From positions 1-64,000 of the forward strand of contig NGBS01000588.1 of NCBI GenBank assembly GCA_002245135.1: a stretch of DNA of 64,000 nucleotides. The letters run 5' to 3'. How positions within the stretch are numbered: the stretch's first letter is position 1; each line of letters begins with the position of its first letter. Source of the DNA: Proteromonas lacertae (taxonomy: Eukaryota). This document shows, piece after piece, positions 14,901 through 27,695 of the stretch. Under the pieces are notes generated by a model that did no database searches, was not told the origin of the DNA, and saw only the letters and a program-made list of their open reading frames with translations. Made by a program: the position numbers and the translations under genes.

Positions 14901-15173
14901 GATTAGACAGATTTCATAAGGATAAATCAAACAACTTGATAACATTGATGTATTCTCTTCTATTTTTAACGTATTCATCTCCAATACAGCCGAAATATCC
15001 AATATCTTCATCGTTTTAACATTCTCATTCTCTTTTATAACTAAATCAATCTCATTTAAACTCTTTTCTATTCTTTCTTTTATCTATTCAATATATAACT
15101 ATATAAATACTTGAATATCAGATGGCATTATTGTAGACAGCATATTATCTACAACAGAGCTAAAATTATTCAT
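11938..15173 (-). pseudogene. Pseudokinase-LRR gene, inverted paralog of 20222-24868 lacking the N-terminal active kinase; frameshifted as assembled
   Basis: Close match to the + strand copy (YDICFKSPEELNEYECNERSVIWSIGCILFEM vs YDMCFKSPEELNGLECNEKSVIWSIGCILYEM) with shared intron positions. Frameshifts near 14030, 13035, 12360 and 11980 may be decay or assembly errors. Confidence 0.65.
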
Positions 15174-15461
15174 TTTTATCTATTTCAAAATATTGAGTCG
15201 TTTCATTCACATTTTCTTTTTTTCATTTCATATATTAATTAATAAATGATTTATGGTTGTTGAAATATCGGAATTTACACTCTAGATAGTTATATTAGTG
15301 TTCAAAGTTGTTTTGGAGTAATTAATTGACTTTCATACTTTTACACTCATTATACGATAATTTAAATGATCAATATTTTCAATTTCGATTTTTGTAAATA
15401 GAATTTGTTGATTTAAGTGAAATATTTAAAATCAAAAATCAAAAATCACAAACCTGTTTGA

Positions 15462-17237
15462 TTGTTAATGTTTAGTTTTTCTCATTATATAAACCATAAA
15501 ATATCAAAGTATGGATATGTAGTGAATAAGTTACATATATTGCGTTATTTTTCCGATGAAATGTGTAGTGTGAATCACTATTTAGATCCTTTAACTAAAT
15601 ACCGACAATTATTAGAAAAGAAAGACATTCAAGGTTTATCTAAAGTGATATTAGATTTAAAACGTAATAAGAATGTAGATTTATCTCTGAAACTGTATGA
15701 TGAGTTGATTAAGAATGGAATAAAACCATCATCCAAAATATTATGTATAGAGTTATACAATTTGAGAATATCTGGAAAGTATGACGAGGCAGTAGAGTTG
15801 TTTGAAAGATTAAGTAAAAGAGCTGAATATCCCAATCCAATGATATGTGTAGAATATTTACGAAGTTTAAAATGTTTGAACGACGAAGACTTACTGAAAT
15901 CCTCACTTTTGAAAATACTAGAAAAATATCCAGATAGTATAATATTGAATGAATTTTTCTGTTTATATCTTTATGAAAAAGGAGAATATCGTAAATTATT
16001 TAAATATTTTGAGTATTTGAAATTTCATTCCTACCATTTTTCTTCAAATACATTAAGTACGTTGATATTATGTTGTATGAAATTAAATCACAACGATTAT
16101 ATTCCAATAATTTGGGATTATCATCTATCATATCAAGGAAGAATAAATTCCAAATCCTTTTCACTTTATATATCTTATTTAAGGCATACAAATCAGTATT
16201 ATGAAGTATTATATCATGTACATGATAGTTTAAAATATAATAGCAGAATCTTGTCTTATTCAATATTACCTCCATTGCTATCAATTTGTCATAGTATGAA
16301 TAATTACTATATAGTGAAATATGTTTGTGATTATTTAAAGAAAGGAGAAAATTTAAATAATAATAATAATAATCTATCAAGAATTGATAATCCTAAGTTT
16401 AAATTGTTTTATATTATCTCCAGTTTATATTCAGAATCAGTAATAAATGACACAAATAGTATAAGCAAAATAAAAGAATTATATGATGTATCTATTCATA
16501 TATTATCTTCTTTTAATGATTATTCAGTGTTGTATGTTGCTGCTTTAAGAATATGTCAAAGTAAAGGAAATGATTATGAAGTAATTTATGATTTAATAAA
16601 TAAAATATTTCAAATAAAATCGTATTCGGATATTGGAACAAGTTTTTTAAAGTTCTTTGATTTATGTTACAGAGAAAAGCACTATGAAATGATAGTCAAA
16701 GTGTATGAATATATGTTAATAAAACATAAAGATTATCAATTTTTACCATCAGTTATGACTTATGTTGTTTTATCATCATTTTATATTGGAAAGAAAGAAA
16801 TTGTTGATAATATTCTTTCAAAATGTGAATCAGAAATATACAGGAATTCTAAAGAACATTTGTATGTTTCACTTGGATTTTCTACTTTATATCATTTATT
16901 GAAAGATCAAAAGAAATGTAAAGAATATTTGACTTATTGTTGTAGAAATCATTTTCCTATTCATTTTCAATATGGTTTGTTGGAAGGAATGTTGAAAACA
17001 AGTGGTGAAATGAAAGATTATGGTATTTATAATGGATTTGTGAATAGTTATCTGTCAATTGATTCTTTGTATCATCCAACTGAAGTTTTGAATAATATAA
17101 AAGGAATATATTCAATTGATTATGGTAATAAATCAATTCCAGCATATATAACAGAGAAATTAGTACATTGGCAGAATTATTCGAAGAAATGTGATGGTTT
17201 GTTGAAAGTAATTAAAGAAGAAGATAAACAAGAATAA
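15462..17237 (+). CDS. Pentatricopeptide-repeat (PPR)-like protein, probably mitochondrial
   Basis: Single long ORF (first ATG at 15468). PPR-like helical repeats (SLKLYDELIKNGIKPS...GKYDEAVELFERL) and a basic N-terminus ending LRYFS. Confidence 0.65.
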   Translation: MLMFSFSHYINHKISKYGYVVNKLHILRYFSDEMCSVNHYLDPLTKYRQLLEKKDIQGLSKVILDLKRNKNVDLSLKLYDELIKNGIKPSSKILCIELYNLRISGKYDEAVELFERLSKRAEYPNPMICVEYLRSLKCLNDEDLLKSSLLKILEKYPDSIILNEFFCLYLYEKGEYRKLFKYFEYLKFHSYHFSSNTLSTLILCCMKLNHNDYIPIIWDYHLSYQGRINSKSFSLYISYLRHTNQYYEVLYHVHDSLKYNSRILSYSILPPLLSICHSMNNYYIVKYVCDYLKKGENLNNNNNNLSRIDNPKFKLFYIISSLYSESVINDTNSISKIKELYDVSIHILSSFNDYSVLYVAALRICQSKGNDYEVIYDLINKIFQIKSYSDIGTSFLKFFDLCYREKHYEMIVKVYEYMLIKHKDYQFLPSVMTYVVLSSFYIGKKEIVDNILSKCESEIYRNSKEHLYVSLGFSTLYHLLKDQKKCKEYLTYCCRNHFPIHFQYGLLEGMLKTSGEMKDYGIYNGFVNSYLSIDSLYHPTEVLNNIKGIYSIDYGNKSIPAYITEKLVHWQNYSKKCDGLLKVIKEEDKQE

Positions 17238-17297
17238 TTCAATATTATTGTATGATTTTTTATGAAAATATAAATGATAAAATAAGAAAAACAAAAA

Positions 17298-17369
17298 TGG
17301 AGACTACGGGAATTGAACCCGTGACCTTTTGCGTGCAAAGCAAACGTGATACCACTACACCAAATCCCC
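17298..17369 (-). tRNA. tRNA-Ala (anticodon UGC)
   Basis: Reverse complement GGGGATTTGGTGTAGTGGTATCACGTTTGCTTTGCACGCAAAAGGTCACGGGTTCAATTCCCGTAGTCTCCA folds as a cloverleaf with a G3:U70 pair and TGC anticodon, followed by an oligo-T Pol III terminator. Confidence 0.95.
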
Positions 17370-17479
17370 TTTCAATATTTAATTCATTTTTGCATAAATA
17401 AAACAAAAGAGATTCTATTTTTGAATTTTATTTCTCTTAGTACAATTCAATAATTATAAATTAATAATAAAAATAACAT

Positions 17480-18664
17480 ATGGATCTTCCTGATTTAGAA
17501 AATACATTTATTACTCCAAGAGAAAGAAATAATAGCAACAATGCTGCAGAAGGGTGTGATTTTACCATTGATCAAGAAGAGACACTGATTGTAAGTGGAA
17601 CATTGTATAAATTAGATGATGATGAAATTGCTACAGATATATTCCAAAGCAGAATAACACCATATAAAGTGAATAACTACTTATCATCTCAACTAAAAAG
17701 TTTAAAAAGTAATTTAGAGGAAAAGTATAGTAAAGAAGATTACGAAAGAATTGAGTTATTAACTGACAAATTAGCAAATTTAAAAGGCGAAAACGCTAAA
17801 TTATTATATCAATATGATGCAGATTCATTATATTTAGAAACAGCCAATATCTTAAGTGAAATTATAGAATTAAGGAAGTGTTTGTTAACTCCCAATATTG
17901 TTGATTGTATTGTTGAACTACAACATAATTTATACAAGTTAAAAGTAAATTCAGAGAAAATAGACAATTTAGAGTGTAATAACGAAATGATTAACGATTA
18001 TCAAGAGAAAAACAAACAATTAAGTGAAAAAGTGATTGAATTATGGGGAAAGATAGAAAATAACCGTTATAATAAACTATTATCAGAAATTAGATCAAAG
18101 AATGAATTAAACAACAAAAAAGAAGAAGAAATGATTATAATCAATAGAAGTGAAAGGATCAAATTAGAAACTCAAATCTCAATATATCATCAATGTTTAT
18201 ATAACAAAACAATCTCAAAAACATCAAGTAGCAAAGGAAAAAAGATGATAATACCAGAATTAATCAACACTGAAATAAACTTAGAAAAAATAATAAACAA
18301 AATCAATAAACAAATAGATATAGAAGAATCAAAGAATTGGAACAGAGAGAATATAAAAGAGTTAAAACATGAAAGAGATAACTTATATTCAATAGTTAAA
18401 GTTGAATGGGGAAAACACAAATGGACAATTATTAAATCTTTATTGAATGATTTGACGATGGAAAAGTTAACATATTTGAAGTTAAAAGCACAAAAGAAAG
18501 ATTATGAGATTATTAGCATGTTGAAGAATGAAAATAAATATTTGACTAGTTGTGTTTATAACAATAATATTTGTGATAGTTTTAATGATTTGTGTAGTGA
18601 TATTGAGAAAGAAGATATAAGAAGTAGTAAGATAGAGAATGCAGATGTTGAATCTTTCATTTAA
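17480..18664 (+). CDS. Hypothetical coiled-coil protein
   Basis: Uninterrupted 394-aa ORF, helical and K/E/N-rich, no recognised domain. Confidence 0.6.
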   Translation: MDLPDLENTFITPRERNNSNNAAEGCDFTIDQEETLIVSGTLYKLDDDEIATDIFQSRITPYKVNNYLSSQLKSLKSNLEEKYSKEDYERIELLTDKLANLKGENAKLLYQYDADSLYLETANILSEIIELRKCLLTPNIVDCIVELQHNLYKLKVNSEKIDNLECNNEMINDYQEKNKQLSEKVIELWGKIENNRYNKLLSEIRSKNELNNKKEEEMIIINRSERIKLETQISIYHQCLYNKTISKTSSSKGKKMIIPELINTEINLEKIINKINKQIDIEESKNWNRENIKELKHERDNLYSIVKVEWGKHKWTIIKSLLNDLTMEKLTYLKLKAQKKDYEIISMLKNENKYLTSCVYNNNICDSFNDLCSDIEKEDIRSSKIENADVESFI

Positions 18665-18745
18665 ATATTTTATTGTTAAATTTGTTTTTATTAGAATTAC
18701 ATAATTACCTGTCAGAGTTTGTGTAAGGCGTTTTTTTTCTAAAAA

Positions 18746-20029
18746 ATGTCACAACTCACTCCAGCATCAGCGCATAGGATAGCTGTGATACTGGAAGATG
18801 CAATAGAAAAAATACAACTATTAGGATTGTATATCTATTCGTTTTACATTATTTTTGTAGATTACCAACTGATGTAATTTCTCACAAAGAAGATCTTACT
18901 AAATTGGTAGGTACAGATATAATGCACACATTGGATGAACAGAAAGCCCTAGAACATAGGTGTGAAGAATTATTGAATAGAAGAGCTCAGTTAAAGGTAT
19001 TTATTGTTTAATCTATTCAATAAATATAGGGTTTAGCAAATAAAACAAAATATGTAGAAGTAGAAAAGGAAATAAAAGAAATAAGTAAAAAATTGAGAGA
19101 TATAACAAATGGATTATGTAGAACACTTCGAGACAATCCAAATCTAAGTAATACAATAAAGAAAATCGTAAAAGAGCGAAGTTCAATTCAAAATTTATTA
19201 AACGAAACAATAAAAGATTTAAATGATGGAAATTTCGATAGTTTATCCAAACAAATCGAAAATGATAATATAGAACGAAATCGATTAGGTGAATTACAAC
19301 GTCAAGAGAAAGAATTACGAGAAGCAGTAAAGAAATTAGAAGATACAATAAAGAAAGAAGATACCAGTCATTTAAGAAGTATGAGAGAAAAGAATGATAA
19401 AATAATGGAACTAAAACATGAATTAGTAGAATTATCTAAGAAAACTAATGAAGATTTAGAATATAATCGAAAAGAAGCTCGTTCAAAGCTTGACACAACA
19501 TTGCAACAATATAAAATGGAAGAAGAAGTATTAGAGAAGAAATTAAATGAATTAAAGAATTCCAAAGATCAAAGTACTTTAGTTCATGAAGAAACTTCTA
19601 AATTTTTACAATCAAAACAAAAAGTATATATATATATATATATATATAATGAATATTTAAATAATTTAATATAATATTAAATAGGAATATGAAAGTATGA
19701 TAGAAGAATGGACATTAAAATATGATGAAGATATTCGAAATATCAGTAATCGATTTGCAGCGTTAGAGACCGAGCGAAAGAATGATTTAGAGAGATTAAA
19801 TAGTTTGAAAGAGCGATATGATAAAGAATTAGCTGATAAGAAAGAAGAAGAAGATACATTGAAGAATATAGCAGAATTAGAGAAAGAGGTAAAGAAAGAA
19901 GAAAAAGAGAAAGTTGATGGAATAATAATGATTCAACGAGCTTGGCGTCATTATAAGTGGATAAAAGATGCGAAATTATCATTGGAACCAAAGAAGAAGA
20001 AGAGACGAGGAGGTAAAAAGAAGAAATGA
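18746..20029 (+). CDS. IQCG: Dynein regulatory complex subunit 9 / IQ domain-containing protein G
   Basis: Four exons: MSQLTPASAHRIAVILEDAIEKIQLL...GLANKTKY...LCRTLRDNPN, a long coiled coil, a C-terminal IQ motif (IMIQRAWRHY) and a KKKKRRGGKKKK tail, as in DRC9/FAP122. Confidence 0.75.
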
Positions 20030-20221
20030 AGAAAGTGTTTTGGTTTAAATATTTTTAAATTATTATTTATGCATATGAATATTTGTTGGTTGTTTATTTC
20101 ATATAGATGTATGAAGTGTTGTAAATGATGAAAATTGAAGAGATAAAATGAATAACTGAAATGATGAATCCAAGCCTTTACCAAGCCTAATTTTTATTAA
20201 TCTTTCATTATTTCATTAATT

Positions 20222-23200
20222 ATGTCATCTGAAGAAGTAAATTACACACATCCTGATAATGATGAGATTATAAAATATATTGATGAAGGTGGATGTGGTA
20301 AAGTGTTAAAAGTAAAACATAAAGGTAGAATATTTGCTAGAAAAGAAGTAAAATATGATCGAACAAATCAAGAAAATGTGGATGTTGCAATTCATGAAAT
20401 AGAGATGTTAAAAGAGTTAAATCATAAAAATGTGATTGAATTGATGGACTATTTCATTGATGCTGATAAAAATACAATATATATTTATACAAGATATTAT
20501 GAATTAGGTAATTTGTGCAATTTAATAGATGAAAAGATAGAAAAGAAAGTGGATTTTACATTTGAAGTATTATTATTTAGATGTGTTATATATAGGAGAT
20601 TAATATGTTTATGATAAATTTATCTGACAGTTTGAGTTATATTCATAGTAAAGGCATTCTTCATCGAGATTTAAAGCCAGGAAATTTATTAGTAAGAAAC
20701 GAAAATGAATTAATATTAACTGATTTTGGATTTGCTTTAGAAAGTGGAATAATTGATGTTTATTTGAACGGAACTCAAAATTATATTGCTCCTGAGTTAT
20801 GGCAAAATAAACCTCCTCCATATTCTGAAGCAAGTGATATATTTGCATTGGGTTGTATATTATATGAAATATACACATTAAAGATGGCATTTCATGGATT
20901 AAACAACAAAGAAATAGCAGATGATATAATTAATAGAAAAGAGTTGAATTTTGAAAGAATAAATGGTGATCGAGTATTTTTAATGGAGAAATTAATAATG
21001 CGAATGTTAGAAAAAGATCCAAACAAAAGAATAAAAATGAGTGAAATGACTGAATTGAGATTCGGAATATATGACCAAATGTTTGAGCCATTATCTCTAC
21101 AACTTTATAATTCATCGTTTTTATCTTCTATGAAAACAGTGAGTAATATAAATCACAAACATACAATATCTTCACATCAACAATATTCATCAACTACATC
21201 TAGTAGTTGGTTAAGTGATAATGAATATGATTCTCTTATAATGAATTTTTATTTGAATGATGGTTGTTTAGAAGGTAAATCCTTAAAAGAAGTAAGTGAA
21301 ATGAATGAAGAAGGATTTAATTCATTTTGGAAAGATGACTTTATTGCTGTATAATATTCTATTTCTTATTAATTATAGATATTATTTCCTACTATTAATC
21401 AAGATAATCCACCTTTCTCATATAAAGATTCAATATTATTAAGATCAAAAAATAAAGAATATTTACCATATTTAAATAATATATATAATTTACTCATGAA
21501 GAAAGAAGAAATGACAATAGAACAGAAATTATTCATAACTGAGTTTTATAAACTTATTAATAAAAGTAAAGAAGATGAATTAGCAATAGATATTTTTATA
21601 AGTGACATTTTAGTTGCAATGTTACCATCAACTACTCAAGTATTTTTATTAATCTATATTTTAGATAAAAGAAAAGAGAAAAAAGAATAACAATGAAATA
21701 GATTTGGTATTAGAAGATGAAAATAGTACTAAAGTGATGAAAATCCTAAATATCGATGGGATAAGACAAGAAAGAGTAGTGAAACTTGTTGAACATTACT
21801 CTATTTTAATAGAATATTTTTCATCATTTATTTATCACTCTGAAGTGATTCATATGAATAGTGAAGTTGAGTATATGATCATAGAAAGAGAATATTATGG
21901 TAGAGATTTAGAAGAGATAATTCAGAGTAGTTCTTTATCAACGAATGATATTTATAATGTGATATATTCAATGTGTGATATTTTGATGATATTGAGTGAA
22001 TATGATATAATGATTGATAATTTGAAGAGTTCAAATATTGTATGTGAAGTGGATGGTGTTATAAAGCTATGTGATGTATTCTTGGATTTACTGAGAAATG
22101 AAGAAAATATGAGAGTATATGATATGTGCTTCAAAAGCCCAGAAGAATTAAATGGTTTAGAATGTAATGAAAAAAGTGTGATTTGGTCAATTGGATGTAT
22201 ATTATATGAAATGATGAAGAAGAAATTACTAATTAATGAAGATAATAATATCAGTGAAACCAAAGTAAATATTGTGAGATGTCAATACAGTATTGATGTA
22301 GAATGTGATGATGAAATGAAAGAGATGATAGATAGAATGTTAAAAGTGAAGAATGAAGACAGATTGAGTTTAAAAGAGTTAAGAAAAGAAATGATAAAAT
22401 TGAGTGAGATAACAAAAGATTCAGATAATAATATGTTTATAAATAGCGAAAGAAAAGAGATTTTAAATAGTAATGATGAAATAATTATAAAATTTCAAAT
22501 AATTTATCCAACAAAATATTATCTTGAAAGAGATAAATGGGAAGAAATTGAAAATAAGTTGATAGAATCTTACAACAATAATGTAAATGAGAGAATATTG
22601 TCAATATTATTGATGATGAGATTATATAAAGAAGATTATTCAATAACAGAAAAACTGAAATATCAGATCCATCATCAGTGTGAAGAAAATGGGAAAGAAT
22701 ATAATTTAGATGAAATAATATTCAATATTAACACAGACTTGGAAAATAGAGAAATAATGAAGATTAAAAGAGATTGTTTTTGTTTATGTGAAGAAGGAAT
22801 GAATTATTTCTTTCAAATATTGAAATTAATCAATCCAAAGAATATCAAATTTTGTATAACTCTAATCATTTATATTTGTTTAGATAGTATAGTTTTAGCT
22901 GTTGAGGAACAGACTTTATTTGGATTAAATTTTAGTCAATTAACAAATTTACAACAGTTGGATTTATCAGGATGTAATCTTGCTTTTCATTTTGTTAAAT
23001 CATTTATTAAATCAATTCCATTCATGAAATTAAATTATCTGATTCTTTCAGGTATATATTTTTATTATTTTGAAATAGATAATCCAATAGGTCCAAAAGG
23101 ATTCAAATTATTACTCCCTTATTTACACTTATTAATAAACTACAAAAATGAATTAAATCTTAATAGAATGAATTTAGATGATCAATCAATGATATTATTA

Positions 23201-24868
23201 TCATTAGAATTATTTAAATATTCATATATTATGAGAATAGATATTAGGAAGAACAAATACATTCATTCAAATGGAATAAAAGCATTGTTTGCCAATTTTT
23301 CTAATGGAAAAATTAAATATGAAGTTGATGGAAAAAGAGATTTGCTGATAGATAAAAATATTCCAGAATTGATCAGATATATTATGGATGATTATTTTGA
23401 TAGTAAAGATGAGTTAATGCTATATAAAATGGGAATTGATGATGATTTTTTCATATCATTCATTCAATTAAGATTAAATGAGTTTAGAATAATTAAGAAA
23501 TTGAGTTTGAGTAGTATCATTTTTGTATTTTTACATTATTTAGATAATAAACTTACACATAAAAGTATTAAAATGCTGATTAGCAAATTACCTTTCTTTT
23601 CAAACCTTAAATTCCTTTCTTTAGATGGAAATGAAATAGGAGATGAAGGAATGAAAATATTAAATCCACATTTACATTTATTAAAATATTATGATAGAAT
23701 ACATTGTGGAAGTATAATTTTATTTAATATGAAATAGAAATGGGATTGTCTTCAGTTGGATTGAAATATTTGTTAGATGGTTTAAATAATATTCATGAGA
23801 AGGTTGAACTTGATATAAGTAATAATTATATAGATTCAGATGGAATAGAGCATTTGATGAATTACATAAAAGAGAATGATTGTATTGAAGAATTATTAAT
23901 CCATAGTATTATTTCTTTTTTTTTCCTAATAGACAATCCAATTGGCAATACTGGTTTTAAGCTGTTGATTGAAAGAATAGATATTATTAATAATGGAGGG
24001 ATAGATTTGAGAAATATATCAATAGGTGATGAAAGTGCAGTGTTATTAGCAGAAAGAATAGATTCAACTAAAGGGTGTTGGAGAATTAATCTTAGCGAAA
24101 ATAAAATCAGTTTTAGAGGATTAAAAACAATATGTTCTAAATCATTAGAAAGTAATGTATATCCATATATAGAAATGAAAGGTTTGACATTGAAAGAAGT
24201 AGAATTGGAGTATTACTTGGATTATTGTATTAATAAGAAGCCAAAATATTATAATTTTAACCGTATATAATCTGCGATTCTACTGAAATAGATTTAAATT
24301 TGAATGATTATCATATTTCATTAATTAAACATATTGGATATGGAAGTATTGATTTATCCTATAACCGTATTACTTTTAAAGGATTAAAAGAATTGACAGA
24401 TTTTTTACCAAAAAGAGTTGAGAATATTTCAATAAATAACAATACAATTGGAGATGGAGGTATAGAAATTATATGTAAGTGCTTTAATGTATTTGTTCCT
24501 TATTTTTTGTCATCGTTAAATCTATCAAGTATTTATATGAATATAATATTTTAATAATTTGAATAGAAACTGGAATAACTGAAAAAGGATTAAAAATGTT
24601 AATAAAAAGATTAAAGAATTTTCGACAGTTAGAAAAGATAAATATATCAGGAAATGAATTAAATGAAAATGAATTGAGATTAATGATAGAAAATGAAGAA
24701 GTATTTGAAGAATTGGATGAATTATCAATAACATTAAAAGAAGATATAGTCAAATCAGATTTACAATCATTTTTAGAAACATTTGCATCAATTACAACAA
24801 TAAAATTAGATGGAATATCAGAAGAAGTTAAAAAAGACATTTCAAATCAATTTTTCAATGTTTATTAA
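20222..24868 (+). CDS. Tandem kinase-pseudokinase-LRR protein
   Basis: In-frame splicing (introns at about 20567, 21349, 21640 and later) joins an intact NEK-like kinase (GGCG, ARKE, HRDLKPGN, DFG, APE), a pseudokinase (MIDNLKSSN, CDVF, SPE) and C-terminal RI-type LRRs. Confidence 0.8.
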
Positions 24869-24904
24869 TTCATTATTTCAAAAAGAATTAATTTGAATAT
24901 AAAT

Positions 24905-27609
24905 CTGGGTTGAATAATAAAGGGACAGGGCAGTGGCGGGACAAGGGCATGTCCCGGGCAAAAATTGAAAGGGGCGTCCTTTATACTATCTAAAAATAGA
25001 AAAGGGTACAATTTGCCCTTTTCAATTATTTTATTTGAATTTTTATATTTTGTGCGATTTTAGGGATATTAAACGCTATAAAAATATTTATTCTTTTCAT
25101 AATTATGTATTATTATCTTATAACAATAACAAACAATAATATTTCATTATAATAATAGCCTTAAAAGTAAGGGCTTTGAGATCCTTCATCACTAAAACCT
25201 TCATCACTAGAACTTTCATCACTTAAACCTTCATCGCTAGAACTACCAGAACTTTCATCTTCATCACCAGAACATTGATAATCTAAAGTGTCATATACTA
25301 TATTGTTATCAATTTCATTCAGCACATCTAAATTATATTCTTCTTCACTAATATCATTATCATCTTCATTTATATCTTTTTCTTTGTTTTTTTCTTTTAA
25401 TAAATCATATTTTATTCTTAAAATATTATTTATAGTATTAAGCTGTAATTTATTTCTAATATGATTATGAACTATTCCCTCAATACTAAATGAACGTTCA
25501 ATAAATGAGCTTGTGACAGGAATAGTTGAAAGAATATCATATAGCTTCTTAACATTTGGGTAAAAAACTCCATACATATTGTACCATATATTAGTTGATA
25601 TCTTTTTCGAAAATATATCTGAAGGGCACTTTTTGCAGTATGGTTTTCTTCTTTCAAAATGATAAATCTCATTTAATGCTTTCTGATTTAAAATAGGGCT
25701 GAATTTAGATAATATATATCTTTTTATATTATCCTTCTCCATGTCTGAAAATTTATGTTTACTGTTTATGTCTAAAAATTCATATAGAGCTAAAATGCTG
25801 TAGTTTGCATGTCTAGTCTCTTTTTTTATAATGTCTTTAATAAGTTCTTTTTCACTTGATGACCTTTTCATTAACTTTCTTTTAATTTTGGTCAATATTC
25901 TGAAACCATCATTTAATGTAGATGAATCTTTGCATAATAAGTGTATATTTGTGGAAATATATTTTGCAATCTTGTAGCATTCTTTAATTTCTTGTATATC
26001 TTCTTCCTTTAATAATTTTATCTGTAATAAAATTTCTTTATTGAGTAATATTTTTCTAAATACATCGCTATAGCTTGACCATCTCGTATCACAACCCTTG
26101 CGTATTTGGATATTTTTTTTGTATAATTGAATATATAGTTTCTCTAATCTTTTGATTATTATTTAACTTATGAATAATGTCATTACACATGACTATCACT
26201 TTTTTGTATTTCTCTATTTCGAATACTTTTTTACTGATTAAGTTTAGGATGTGTGCTAAACATCCAAACTTTACTACAGGTCTATTTATTTTTTCTCTAA
26301 AATACTACTTATCTTTTTCATGGTGTAGTTGTTATCACTACTCACAGCAACAATGTTTTTAATATCTAGTTTATACTTCACTAATGTTTGAATTATTAAT
26401 TCCACTATATTTTCTGATGTTTCTCGTTTATGTAAATAAATGGATTCCAAAAACGAAATATCACTGCTTTTCTTTATTGCCAAATTAATAACGTTTTCAT
26501 TGGTTACTGATTTCCAAGCGTCCACAATTATACATATTTTACTGTTATCTACAATTTCCTTTACTATTCTTTCTGCTTCTTCGTTCATTGATGCTTTTAT
26601 TTTGTTTATTGTTATTGACTTTGTAGTTGGATTTAATGTATATATTAGATTTTTAAAGGATTTAGATTGTATGGTTCTGAAAGCTAAGTTATTTTCTATA
26701 AGATATTTGGTCACCATTAAGTTTATTGCACGTTCATCATATCTCAATTATGTAAGTTTTGATTGGATTAGCTTTTCACTACATCTAATTTAATAAATAT
26801 AATAAATATATTTATACTTTTTGTAATGACGTTTCAAATTAGTGCAATGAGCAATAATCATTGCCTTGCACCTTCTGCATTGAATTCTGTTGTATTTTTC
26901 AAGGGGTTTCTTTAACACCACATCTTCATTAAAGTATCTATACACAGCATCTCTCGTTTTACCCATATACAATTGAAATGCAAAATGATAGCTCGAAATT
27001 CTCAAACCATTTTCTAAGTATTCAAATAATTGCTTGAAATACATTAAGTAGTATGCAAAATATACTAAATAGTAATTTTGAAATAGTTTTTCTATTAGTT
27101 TATGAAATATATTATGTTATTATCATAACAAGTACTATTGATTATCAATTAACTGAAAATACCCATTCTATAGCTATACTTCTTAATTATCTATATGATA
27201 TATGTGTAATATACAAAATTATTTATTATATAAATTTCATTTATGTTCAGTGACGTCAATCACCTTGAAATGTACATAATGTATATATATGCATATCAGA
27301 ATATGATATACAGTATGTATATTCTATATAATTAGTATATATGCATAAACATATGATATTATATAATCATAAGAAAAGTAGATGACTATTATGCTATAAT
27401 ACACAATAATATATCCTTTTTAACATATGTTAGTATATCTAGATGATAATATGGAAAAGTTATAACAAAAAATCAGAAAAAATATACTACAGCATAACAC
27501 ATGGTAATATTACTATGCCCGAGCAGTAAGGGGCAGGCTTCTTTTCAGCTGAAAAAAAAGGGGCAAAAATAGGGCAAAATTCGAAAAGGACGCCCTTTAT
27601 CGAACCCAG
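24905..27609 (-). mobile_element. hAT-superfamily DNA transposon (about 2.7 kb)
   Basis: 8-bp TSD ATATAAAT at 24897-24904 and 27610-27617; terminal inverted repeats CTGGGTT...AACCCAG; GC-rich subterminal GGGCA/GGGCG motif clusters at both ends; internal transposase gene. Confidence 0.92.
25161..26966 (-). pseudogene. hAT transposase with BED zinc finger, interrupted as assembled
   Basis: BED finger (CRRC...NLKRH), catalytic IVDAW and SSDN, CLAH motif, DTRWSS, and C-terminal dimerisation PVTSSFIERSFS...HNHIRNKL. One intron; in-frame TAA at 26748-26750; frameshifts in A-runs near 26285 and 26115. Confidence 0.85.
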
Positions 27610-27695
27610 ATATAAATATAAGAATGATTTAATTAATTAAAAGTATATTATTATTAATAATTAATATTATCTACATCACATCAACAATCTCATTT

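Noticed and set aside
14090..15019. Plus-strand ORFs opposite the pseudokinase, and similar short antisense ORFs elsewhere
   Set aside because: Shadow frames of real genes with low-complexity F/S/I/L composition.
25175..25265. Short tandem repeats (about 15 nt) resembling an array
   Set aside because: They encode the acidic SDEG tail of the transposase; not CRISPR-like.
26748..26750. Stop-codon reassignment (TAA read as sense)
   Set aside because: Other genes end normally in TAA, TAG or TGA and long exons lack internal stops; this one is in a transposase.
27411..27425. ATATCCTTT resembling another U12 donor
   Set aside because: It lies in non-coding transposon sequence on the strand opposite the transposase, with no exon context.
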